Positions 12,001 to 16,032 of a stretch of DNA of 25,728 nucleotides are shown piece after piece. The stretch covers positions 1-25,728 of the IMG/VR virus record IMGVR_UViG_3300042143_000002; one strand, 5' to 3'. Made by a program: the position numbers and the translations under genes. Position 1 is the stretch's first letter. Each line of letters opens with the position of its first letter. The DNA comes from a virus (lineage: Duplodnaviria > Caudoviricetes). Below the pieces are notes generated by a model that was not told the origin of the DNA, searched no databases, and saw only the letters and a list, made by a program, of their open reading frames with translations.

Positions 12001-13061
12001 AGCATATCAACGACCATCATCCTCCCTGCGGGAGAAGCGGACGCTGGGTCAGATAGAGCCTTGTCTATTTCTCCAGCCTGTTTGGATTGCTTGTAGTTTG
12101 CCCGAAGGCCAAGAGGGGCAAGAAGTGCGGTCATGCCCAGTGTCGGCCCGATGGAATCCTTCGCCGCCGTCCACGGGTCAGCACCATTCACCCCTGCCTC
12201 ACGCTCGACATAGGCTTGTGATGACCCTTGGCCCATCTCTGTAGCAACCTCTCCCACCGCTGTTCCAGCCAAGTTTTTCAAAAATGGCTTAACGACGGCC
12301 TTATCTGTTGCCGCCGATATTCCGCCATCAATGAGTTTACTTGCGCCCATGCCAAGAGCTTTCTTGCCCATGCCAATGAATCGCAAGCCAAGGGCGTTGG
12401 CTATTGTCTCGCCCCCCCACTCAACCCCGAGATTCTTCCACCCTGCAACCTTCGCTTCATCCTCCGTTCCACCAGCCTTCTTGACATTCTCATACGTCTC
12501 TTGACCCTGGGCCATAGCCGCAGGGATTGCACCGGCAACCGAAGAGATCGCCAGGGCTGTTCCTGCTCCGATTGCGGCTTCTGGAAGAGCTGTAAGACCT
12601 GCCCCGATTGCTAAAGGTGCCGCTATAGACGGGGCGATCATCTCGGCGCCACCTGCCAAAGCGTTGACAACGGCCCCATGCTTCTTGGGATTCAGCATAT
12701 ACTCTGGGTTCTCGAGAACCTGCTCTTCAGCCATCATCGACATCCCTTTTCCGGCATCGTTTATCGCTGACCCCTCCTTGCTCCCCCATTGGATTGTTTT
12801 CCCCACCATATCAGGGACACGGCCCATAACCCCAGACTTGAACCCGGCCAGCACCTCACCCGGTGCCGAACGATCTTTAAGCTCAGACTCAAGATGCTTC
12901 GGCTCCTGAGACACCCAAGTCTCACGCTCTTTTTCATCACTGGTGTCACCGGCCACATGGTCATAATATGCGCCACGGATCGCCTTGCGGCCCTCGTGAT
13001 CGGACTTCTGATAACGGTCATCTGCGGTGATATTGTCCCAAGAGAGAGAACTGTCGGCCAT
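1..13061 (-). CDS. Giant DarB-like polyvalent virion-injected protein (>4350 aa, runs off left edge): MTase + SNF2 helicase + metallopeptidase + ADP-ribosyltransferase + C-terminal PLxRFG/LPD-like region
   Basis: ATG at 13061 after GAAGGA RBS (MADSSLSWDNITADDRYQKS...). I translated 13061-9150 and most of 3570-1320 by hand without finding a stop. The motifs NPPF, GAGKT, DEAH, HEVGVH and YHGS all lie in this frame. The ORF track lists no minus-strand ORF in this frame, as expected for an ORF lacking a stop in the window. Confidence 0.92.
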   Translation of the reverse strand, partial: MADSSLSWDNITADDRYQKSDHEGRKAIRGAYYDHVAGDTSDEKERETWVSQEPKHLESELKDRSAPGEVLAGFKSGVMGRVPDMVGKTIQWGSKEGSAINDAGKGMSMMAEEQVLENPEYMLNPKKHGAVVNALAGGAEMIAPSIAAPLAIGAGLTALPEAAIGAGTALAISSVAGAIPAAMAQGQETYENVKKAGGTEDEAKVAGWKNLGVEWGGETIANALGLRFIGMGKKALGMGASKLIDGGISAATDKAVVKPFLKNLAGTAVGEVATEMGQGSSQAYVEREAGVNGADPWTAAKDSIGPTLGMTALLAPLGLRANYKQSKQAGEIDKALSDPASASPAGRMMVVDMLHQDALKNGILDADAWRAGAEQDVKNGLPVRRNSDQAEQELTTQPYESFDSFMGSRQSSQQAAPTGPIGKAVAEGGIQATVQPDQAGPTDSGIGADPWKIYDEDQGQTVEDMAFAAGRGNAYRELQNADTLQRNATGRPSTAEEAARAAYEGYNPEAPLSITTLKSGMVRVAGDKEATKAQAQDAGLKPVLFSKDGWVFKEKDAEAVQAAFGEAGRQAQGQLAENEHSVKGNAAANVAESIKEDRPSVGTVTPTTFTDVEHLGKEYPAPGIEGHVVIMQQDKQGRAIATIKREGATGATPIYRGRGRTQAEAYAQAKMKAGDAGNAAPTSPVTNKPTEAQQPPDVAGDKAAAMPKEIWQMTRDEYIAHSISNPESAKVRGYDYNKLVIDAGAQHIESVKKAQAEGKQVPVEVLAEHGLAPTVSKTETVGGKKKHTATVVPYQDGYAIRLGEGYVSGGGGPWGGGTIGKWPSISEAIEKGTGHLKKTMWTVEVSATANTDQANTENESAQLGGEDVAKGSQEQASEIPPTPIASKKDEARPGQPTGADLSDGAATQDPALTHLHKTITKTYQAQADRLKAAGRPVPAMDELRAYADKEYAPGGQRGTVMDLMNSLSDGMAKKAEKQGESTNTETPPSRGEEQAGQGEASTGIDFSGNKLFKASAVEAAMKRLKEKRATLRSGFDPEMLQDVFIVGGAYFEHGARNFSTWATSVIDGIGKEFARYLPGVYENLRLYPGLDTKGMTPSSEVAAELNAILINEMDGVKNINATLDSTQETTDNRIEGQPTTEDKNELLSDNDPKEIQGRLHEASGGMATDTVQEPVTGHAEGKSNEGGDKGRSGDEGHDKQRNSPTRSRGRGAKKVHLSEAGESSGRSDGAGRGLAETPARIPATNFAITDDLELGKGSEGVKFKDNIAAIKALKQIEADGRRATPEEQRVLARYVGWGGLANAFRNRLTKGVADGWQARVDEVEALLTADELKVARNSTKAAHYTSQAVVRGIWEGVKRLGFTGGTVLEPSMGTGNFLGLAPQDTALNFMGVEYDPITARIATLLYPQASVLHSGFEKVPLPGNSFDLVIGNPPFGQDSLSFPYSPQFNRFSVHNQFMLAGIDALKPGGIQAFVVSRYFLDAKDDTARKAIAEKADLIGAIRLPDTVFKENARTDVVTDIVFFQKKQPAEKSETAGVGSQPDGMRGDASWTGTQSIPDPEGGEPMNISRYFADNPNNIIGTIDRTGSMRFGKDITVHVEKGADIQGLLSDKIKEVLPENIVPAKPAAPQEAKKHYDNMVSAVKVAMAGSEDGIISLSSDGRLTEVYDKELEGGSHGLGIREIKPGVAWSESLSQDKNGKWFREVDLVDEAGNKIKNGRENAKTKEVFQSENDIPASMRLSEDKFVRLKDAVAVLDALKKQIAMEMDGQSSAKEIEANRKHLKSLYDGFRRAHGFMNDSATVTVIDGMPDAPLLYALENKYKKSVSKLVASKTGAEPRAATAQLSTILEKRVIYPYTPQDKADNPHDALAITLSESGVVEMGRIAELLETDEQGVIDKLHTSMDKPLIYHDVETGAWVTADEYLSGNVGRKLEAAKEAGVKKNISALESVQPEPWGPENVTATLGANWISEKVYSDFAQHIGVDKATVQYSKGPNAYAVYGDSQIGGKWGTEKKTPLELLTAILNKNTIKIGWKDKDGTYHVDQAATELANAKAEEIKEEFADWVFKDGDRREALTDLFNKKYNNVVLRQRDGSHLTLPGKVPDEVIELRRHQKNGVWRGITDRFVLYDHAVGAGKTIVGIARAMERRRMGLSRKPMIVVPNHLVEQWAADVYRLYPGAKVLAATKKDLQKSKRRRLFAKIATGDWDIVIVPESSFGFIGISPETETRYLVEEIAQAEEALKEAQEQQDAENPGSRFKSPTVKAAESMLDKLTVRLGRLREAGGKKDRLLTFEQMGIDDLTIDEAHSFKNLFYHSNQNVRGMNPKEGSGKAYDLWNKIRTLRESARGSIAFLTGTPISNSAVEMYILQRYLGLDNLRDLGLEHFDAWQNQYASVATAYEPTESGRGLKEVTRLGRDWVNMRSLIDAYHQFADSVTNEDIKEWFEQDNPGQKFPLPELEGGTRTVISVKPTPAQEALIGEIVDGFNELNNIENPIERAAERLRLMNRAREVSLDAREVNSQTDSTEEGGKLQRVAEEATRIYKKWDKDKGTQLVFLDRSTPKASKRDADELRRYDDLLAQSNTAYNAGDSDKLRTVQDRLDKYNSQEMEAVRRSITANWNAYQQIKDNLIASGIPADEIRFIHEANTDLQKAQLFEQVNSGQVRVLIGSTPRMGAGTNVQERLVALHHVDVTWKPSDIEQREGRIIRQGNELYKKYGHDKFKVEIIAYVTETTVDQKLWALNATKLKMINGIRKYNGEFSMEFDDADMLGLAEIAAIASGEPLRLELVELSSRIDKLNRLKRAHRNQGYANGRSLSNAEKAIGDNPKKIAELEATIGTIEDGEAASNDAVNARIVEIDGEKFVFSDRYRALTKLEALRPEKDEDGKSLGKFRATIDGKEFTNYDKAEEYVDAALGDFPAVFSARMGGKEYTRRIDVNRDIAAKLTSDRRVDVEIKLGVLERNGIETEITAERNDDGTIDLSGESYIKGKDGQKDEIGFFQHTLTAAKDGKVLGVNVSKLFSDIEKGTSTTRFNAKKSMLEVDLARANKNIDSLRESANAPFPKEAELQEKIARMTEVEETLAKRAEDEAKLSVRGENADFTPADIKAELNEIAPGLLESGAVEIVSREQAAGMGLKKSVDIDKVQGFTDEDGHVYLVEGNIQDGNVWSVLKHEVGVHARKLLIGDKAFQRILNSLQERAKGTSATAKAIKSAMARIPQNTNQQYYNEEILAYLVEKGDNTLGVIRLAIARVKAALVKMGVSPKIFNVADFNALAVQAIRGGRNENDGRALGGNDTTTQGNEYRTDKPGLRGVGREVSNDGSMGRLLVGNAKGRGQGDMREARGSGAEVRSKSSSLGGREAGRDTAQMGTRLSSRGLTGRDLDAAISAWGDSPILESRAQHMHDGTRKVFEVSGKSHIVLDEKGNRQVFYHGSTTLGTDPGTFHISFNKIVKGSGSYQAGLGFFMTPVEMNAVPYKRLVGKIEEFYVRVNKTLEVDTREQGTEFARARSEWTSKADARAWAEKMVLKGYDSIHYTDSGEFIIIADANQIKTTDNTTFGKTKDYRYSIASGHPASLESIQGEVKGFLDKYSVIYTDSDTIDTSVWSRVFQSPEYYFKKVAALGRMMKAALGRRDLRFNYERQILGEEFIKFSEGLKETDAESYTDANDYLVDTDQTGYAFRMKQVADSWQVYNPEKDVIGIFEEEMDAKNAMMQAEHDRLLKEGYSANAAKAVLLARQVLNAEFDMRAADMRRIQAEYKANGLPDPFIGDGAIDEAGRYGVYADGKKKPIALFATQKEADESLDRTAKMISYMAVSKSKKAQKGIGAIGDDVFREFTSEQKAKKWAAKHGGKVKGQKRFGTLTVKKRTDGEMRPLTLSQAIAQMGDLRGSYFPRIRNAGEYVLIAKKHGMNPRREHFDLPVAGAEWGSKGTAANWTMAWVGKVFPNAAKRIQELKAQGYTVEFKKDDSPVDDIFDASKLIASIDAIIADNLSKINKNDSDEVKAALHVDALLTMQIADIFKGRGALSSRMKRLAGDTVWEGYETDMLKAVVQSARDTAAGLAKRDTSKAMLNAFTGRDFSWQDYKAQKAEEGERPSFTEYMEIIDDRRVHSGKQKNAYRDGRAFMIDVLRNSEHVDRIMGTLQGLAVLKFLGFRVSSAAVNLSNMVTGVPGTISGLTGESITQAMGRITNAAVAYGKYRKETRDWMSGDTDLRAEDRKAFQYIVDSGWDEAQYNSEAASVLRSKGGEMWNKYIVEYGMFMFGAVEKVNRATTIFAAYKAIMAKNPGMSFETAMDKAHEVSDRAHGVYGKETLPAWARGRMNPLRLTYTFQKFTHNYMMNMVEIGWNDGDLKGSLKKG
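2370..2810 (-). other. ADP-ribosyltransferase (ART-PolyVal-like) domain of giant protein
   Basis: VLDEKGNRQVFYHGS (YHGS 2772-2783)...GLGFFMTP...A..Y...FYVRVNKTL...KGYDSIHY...GEFIIIADANQIK...DYRYS matches the H-Y-E-type ART pattern of polyvalent proteins. Confidence 0.78.
2816..3220 (-). CDS. Nested out-of-frame gene B (134 aa, MRTMEERWAEMTPQH...), unknown function
   Basis: GAGGTG RBS at 3227-3232, 6 nt from the ATG at 3220. Globular-looking Trp/Glu-rich product. The host frame over this interval becomes Gly/Arg/Asp-rich and low in complexity, as expected for the shifted frame of a real gene. Confidence 0.65.
   Translation of the reverse strand: MRTMEERWAEMTPQHRGTSIEQISQGCGVSVEKYLTMEAWEDCWSGMPKEEVKAICEKRAEAVRKYGANHPALADERPDETQHRWEQGCRAEGLLDEIWMLQFPPGVTVQSLRAAHNTCTMAHERYLKSLEKAT
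3330..3640 (-). other. Zincin-like metallopeptidase (MPTase-type) domain of giant protein
   Basis: VQGF...HVYLVEGNI...SVLKHEVGVH (HExxxH at 3537-3554) followed by EEILAYLVE, the pattern typical of MPTase domains in phage polyvalent proteins. Confidence 0.75.
3351..3379 (-). promoter_or_regulatory. Candidate sigma70 promoter for nested gene B
   Basis: TTGCTT (3379-3374), 17 bp spacer, GATAAT (3356-3351); about 130 bp upstream of the ATG. Confidence 0.35.
4850..6760 (-). other. SNF2/SF2 helicase domain of giant protein
   Basis: LRRHQKNG; Walker A DHAVGAGKT (~6654-6680); IDEAHSFKN (DEAH 6147-6158); FLTGTPISN; VLIGSTPRMGAGTNVQ; DIEQREGRIIRQGN (motif VI, ~4940-4980). Confidence 0.92.
8400..9330 (-). 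other. N6-adenine DNA methyltransferase domain of giant protein (DarB/Eco57I-like)
   Basis: RYVGWGG, AHYT, VLEPSMGTGNFLG (SAM-binding motif I), GVEYDPITARIA and FDLVIGNPPFG (NPPF at 8757-8768). Boundaries approximate. Confidence 0.9.
9359..9631 (-). CDS. Nested out-of-frame gene A (90 aa, MSFYLTMTPRKFRDAY...), TnpV-like helical protein
   Basis: GGAGGA RBS at 9637-9642, 5 nt from the ATG at 9631. KHLEEWRPTQFKSL...HEAEAEVLRRYIYL resembles my recollection of the TnpV pattern (YLKEHRP..Y..L...AEEIVL..LIY). Host frame is G/R/D/S-rich over the same span. Confidence 0.78.
   Translation of the reverse strand: MSFYLTMTPRKFRDAYMKHLEEWRPTQFKSLSPDTLRAKAMKVGTKAGREMRDMINNGIAPHEAEAEVLRRYIYLKPEKAVVEAMERDED
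9666..9694 (-). promoter_or_regulatory. Near-consensus sigma70 promoter for nested gene A
   Basis: TTGACT (9694-9689), 17 bp spacer, GATAAT (9671-9666); 5/6 match in each box; 34 nt upstream of the ATG. Confidence 0.65.
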
Positions 13062-13119
13062 GGTGTTTTATCCTTCTGCGTTGAGTGACGGGGTAGTCTT
13101 ATTGATGGCGGCGAACTAC

Positions 13120-13908
13120 TTAAAACAATCCTTGGCTTTGTGGCCGGCGTGGCTGAGGTTTCCTGTTCTGCTTGGCCTTGTCAAAGACAGAAGATGCCGC
13201 CTGCTCTTGTTCAGTAAAAGGCGATCTCACTCGCCCCGAGTTTTGGTCAACAAGAAGCGTCTGCTCTTGTGGAACCCCGTTTGCATCGACCCCTGTTATT
13301 TTATTGAATGACTGCCAATTCTGCTCTACAGGTTTTGGCGGCACGGTCAACCCGCTTGTGTCCATGGTAGGAGGCCCCGCAAGCCGCGCCGCTTGAGTGT
13401 TGACTTGCTGACCAGTTTGGTTATTTCTTACCCCGTTCCCGCCAATAGTCAAGTTCATAGTCCCCTGCGGCCTTGGGTCAACACCACCGGAAAGGTCGGC
13501 ATTCATTATCCGCTGTGTAGCTGACTGCGGGAGCCTTGCGCTGTTGACAAAAGTGCCGATGGCGTTAGGGTTAACACCTGCATTTGTCAGCGCGACCCCT
13601 GACCGTAGCTGCTCGCCAACAAGGTTTGCAGCGTTATTCCTACCGGCCAATTCAAGCGAGTTTGCGTTCGCGCTATTTTGACGAGCAGTCGCCCCCGTTT
13701 CCTGTAGCTGGTTGTTAGCAAAAGAACCCCTATTGCTCTCCTGCTGGTTGGCAAAAGCTCCTGCATTCTGGAGCTTCTGCTGTGCTATCTGGTTTTCACC
13801 GGCTATCTTTATCGCGGCCAGATTGTTTGCCTCCTTGGCGTCAAAATTCCGCTGTTTCCTCGCTATTACCGCCGAAATTTCTTCTTTGCTCGGTGCCTTG
13901 TACCTCAT
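13120..13908 (-). CDS. Probable DNA ejection/internal virion protein (Gln/Asn/Ala-rich, 262 aa)
   Basis: GGAGGG RBS upstream. Low-complexity Q/N/A helical composition. Lies just before the giant injected protein. Confidence 0.65.
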   Translation of the reverse strand: MRYKAPSKEEISAVIARKQRNFDAKEANNLAAIKIAGENQIAQQKLQNAGAFANQQESNRGSFANNQLQETGATARQNSANANSLELAGRNNAANLVGEQLRSGVALTNAGVNPNAIGTFVNSARLPQSATQRIMNADLSGGVDPRPQGTMNLTIGGNGVRNNQTGQQVNTQAARLAGPPTMDTSGLTVPPKPVEQNWQSFNKITGVDANGVPQEQTLLVDQNSGRVRSPFTEQEQAASSVFDKAKQNRKPQPRRPQSQGLF

Positions 13909-13923
13909 AATTACCCTCCAATG

Positions 13924-16017
13924 TTAGTCAACACCAGTCATATCGTAATTGTACCTTGTCTCGGTAGATTTGCTTGTGCTTGATGTCCTTGAATCCGAAC
14001 TCGTACCACCAATAGACGCGCTCACATTCGCCGCATTCAACGCCGATGCTGTTAACTGCGCCCCGACATTCATTATACCTTCTGTGCCCTTCAATTGTAA
14101 TTCTTTTATTGCTTTATACCCGCTTGTCGCCGCTTCTATTTCAGAAACCGCCTTCTTCAAATTGAAGTCGGCGACCGACACCTGCGCCCTGATCTCCTCT
14201 ATCTTGGCCCTATAATATGCCTCGCTCGCACCGTTCTCGGCGGCGTAGGCGTGTACCTCAGCCTCAAACGCCGATACGACCGCGCCGACCTGCGATGACT
14301 TAGCCCTTACCTCTGCGTCATAGGCCGATAATTCCGCCTTGTATTTCTCAACGGAAGCTGTGTTCTGCCGCATCACCACCTCAAGCTCTTTCAGGTGCGC
14401 ATCCAGTGATTTGCTGTGCGCCTCAACCTCAACCTCGAACGCCTGAACCTGTGCCTTGTAAGCCTCGGCCTTTAACGCCTCGCCACGAAGCCGTGCCTCA
14501 TACAGATCGACCTTCGACTTTTCGCCCTCCATCCTGGCTATATAGGCTTGAGTGAGGGCCTTGAACTGCTCAATCTTGGTCAGCTCAATCTCAGAGGCGA
14601 TCTTTGCCCCTTCCATCTCAGAGACATAGAGCTTCATCAAGGTCTCCGCCGCCCCAACCTGCGCGGTGTAAACCTCAACAAGGGACTTCTGCACCTCCGC
14701 CGATACCCTCGCACCCTCAACTTGACCCTTGAAGACCTCCACCTCAACAAGGGCAGCTTTGACTACCGATTCATAAACAACGGCCTCGCTCTTATAAGCC
14801 TCAAGCGAAAGTTCGTGCCGCTTGATCATCGCCTCATGGATTGACAGGCCGTTATTGGCGACAGCCTTTGCCGCTTCCATTGCCATAACAGCGTTCTTCT
14901 CGTAAAACTCGCGGATCATCCCCTCCAGCTTAGCACCAGTCTCGATAATGAAATCGTTATGCTTTACCCGCAACTCTGCCTGGTTGATTGTTATCTCACG
15001 GCTGGCCAGCATGTTGTTTCGGGAAATCTGCATGTTTATTTCATTGATTGCGCTGGTCAGCATCCCCGGCGGCAACGTGAACCCGCGCGCCGCCCAATAG
15101 TTCGATGCCTCGTCGTACAATCGCCCATTCTCGACAAAAGTCTTGTCAAGGAACCGCTGATACAAAGCGTCCTCTTCCGCCTGCAACATGCCAGTGCCGC
15201 CGTTTGTGATGTCGTGCAGGACTCGCGCCAACAGATCAGACCATATCTCTGAGACGTAGCTGGTCGGGGCGCAAGAAAAAGGGGTCGGGCTTGTGATGTT
15301 TTCGGCAGGTAGCGTCGCCGTAAACGCCGGAATGGTGGTCGTTGGTGCCGCTGGGATGTTAATATCCGAGAACGTCGGGACAGAAGGAAGCGTGACGGTC
15401 GGGACGGCTGGCAACGCTACAGGGTTGATGACCGCAAGCGTAGCCGTAAACGGAATGTCGGTGATGCTCGGGGCCGGAACCGTTACATACGATGGGTCGG
15501 CAATATTGAAGGTCGGGAATGCGGGGATGGTGATGGTTGGCAGGGTGGCCCATGTCATCGTCGCATTGTTCGTCGGCCAACCGCCGGTTATCGCCAAGGT
15601 CTCTGTGAAATCAGGCCGAACACCGTAATCAATAGGTGATATGCTTATAGTTACATCGTCGATGTCTCCAGGATCAGGAACAACAAGGTCAGTGACAAAC
15701 GAATTGATCGTGTTGATATACGTTTTGGTTATAGCGAACGACTCCGCAGCATACGCATTTAGGCTCTCCATCCCGTTATAGACAATGGCATACGGGCTTG
15801 TCGGGGCAATATGCGCCATCTGACTTGCGTCATGAGCTTCAGTTGTAGTCTCGTAAATATAGCCATTGTCAAAATATACTTGCGTGTGATCGGTGGCAAG
15901 CAATGGAAAATCGCCGCCCGGCGAGTCACCAGAGATATCGAACATGCTCTTCCCTGTCTGCGCGTGGAATACGTTATAGGCGGTATGCTCATATCCTGCT
16001 GGTGGTACTAAATACAT
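13924..16017 (-). CDS. Virion protein with Pro/Thr-rich linker and long coiled coil (697 aa), probable ejection/tail-extension protein
   Basis: GAAGGA RBS. Pro-rich segment (PTITIPAFPTF...PAVPTVTLPSVPTF) followed by ~300 aa of A/E/K-rich coiled coil with recurring 'EAYK/DLYE/EVYT' units. Function inferred from position. Confidence 0.7.
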   Translation of the reverse strand: MYLVPPAGYEHTAYNVFHAQTGKSMFDISGDSPGGDFPLLATDHTQVYFDNGYIYETTTEAHDASQMAHIAPTSPYAIVYNGMESLNAYAAESFAITKTYINTINSFVTDLVVPDPGDIDDVTISISPIDYGVRPDFTETLAITGGWPTNNATMTWATLPTITIPAFPTFNIADPSYVTVPAPSITDIPFTATLAVINPVALPAVPTVTLPSVPTFSDINIPAAPTTTIPAFTATLPAENITSPTPFSCAPTSYVSEIWSDLLARVLHDITNGGTGMLQAEEDALYQRFLDKTFVENGRLYDEASNYWAARGFTLPPGMLTSAINEINMQISRNNMLASREITINQAELRVKHNDFIIETGAKLEGMIREFYEKNAVMAMEAAKAVANNGLSIHEAMIKRHELSLEAYKSEAVVYESVVKAALVEVEVFKGQVEGARVSAEVQKSLVEVYTAQVGAAETLMKLYVSEMEGAKIASEIELTKIEQFKALTQAYIARMEGEKSKVDLYEARLRGEALKAEAYKAQVQAFEVEVEAHSKSLDAHLKELEVVMRQNTASVEKYKAELSAYDAEVRAKSSQVGAVVSAFEAEVHAYAAENGASEAYYRAKIEEIRAQVSVADFNLKKAVSEIEAATSGYKAIKELQLKGTEGIMNVGAQLTASALNAANVSASIGGTSSDSRTSSTSKSTETRYNYDMTGVD

Positions 16018-16032
16018 GGCGTGTTATCCTTC

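Noticed and set aside
4844-13021. Other minus-strand alternative-frame ORFs (4844, 5192, 6341, 7004, 7790, 8567, 8858, 9776, 10172, 10574, 11510, 12761) as additional nested genes
   Set aside because: They have R/S/T/P-rich shifted-frame composition and mostly overlap conserved domains. The host frame looks like normal protein there, unlike at the two accepted nested genes.
1-13061. Possibility of an alternative genetic code or fragmented gene, suggested by the empty ORF track
   Set aside because: The standard code gives one open frame wherever I translated it. The track omission is explained by the stop lying outside the window.
72-13400. Numerous short plus-strand ORFs (e.g. 3625..4362, 5004..5498, 9043..9549, 11322..11840)
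   Set aside because: They are antisense shadows of the giant gene, with S/F/L- or R/C/P-rich composition and no recognisable motifs.
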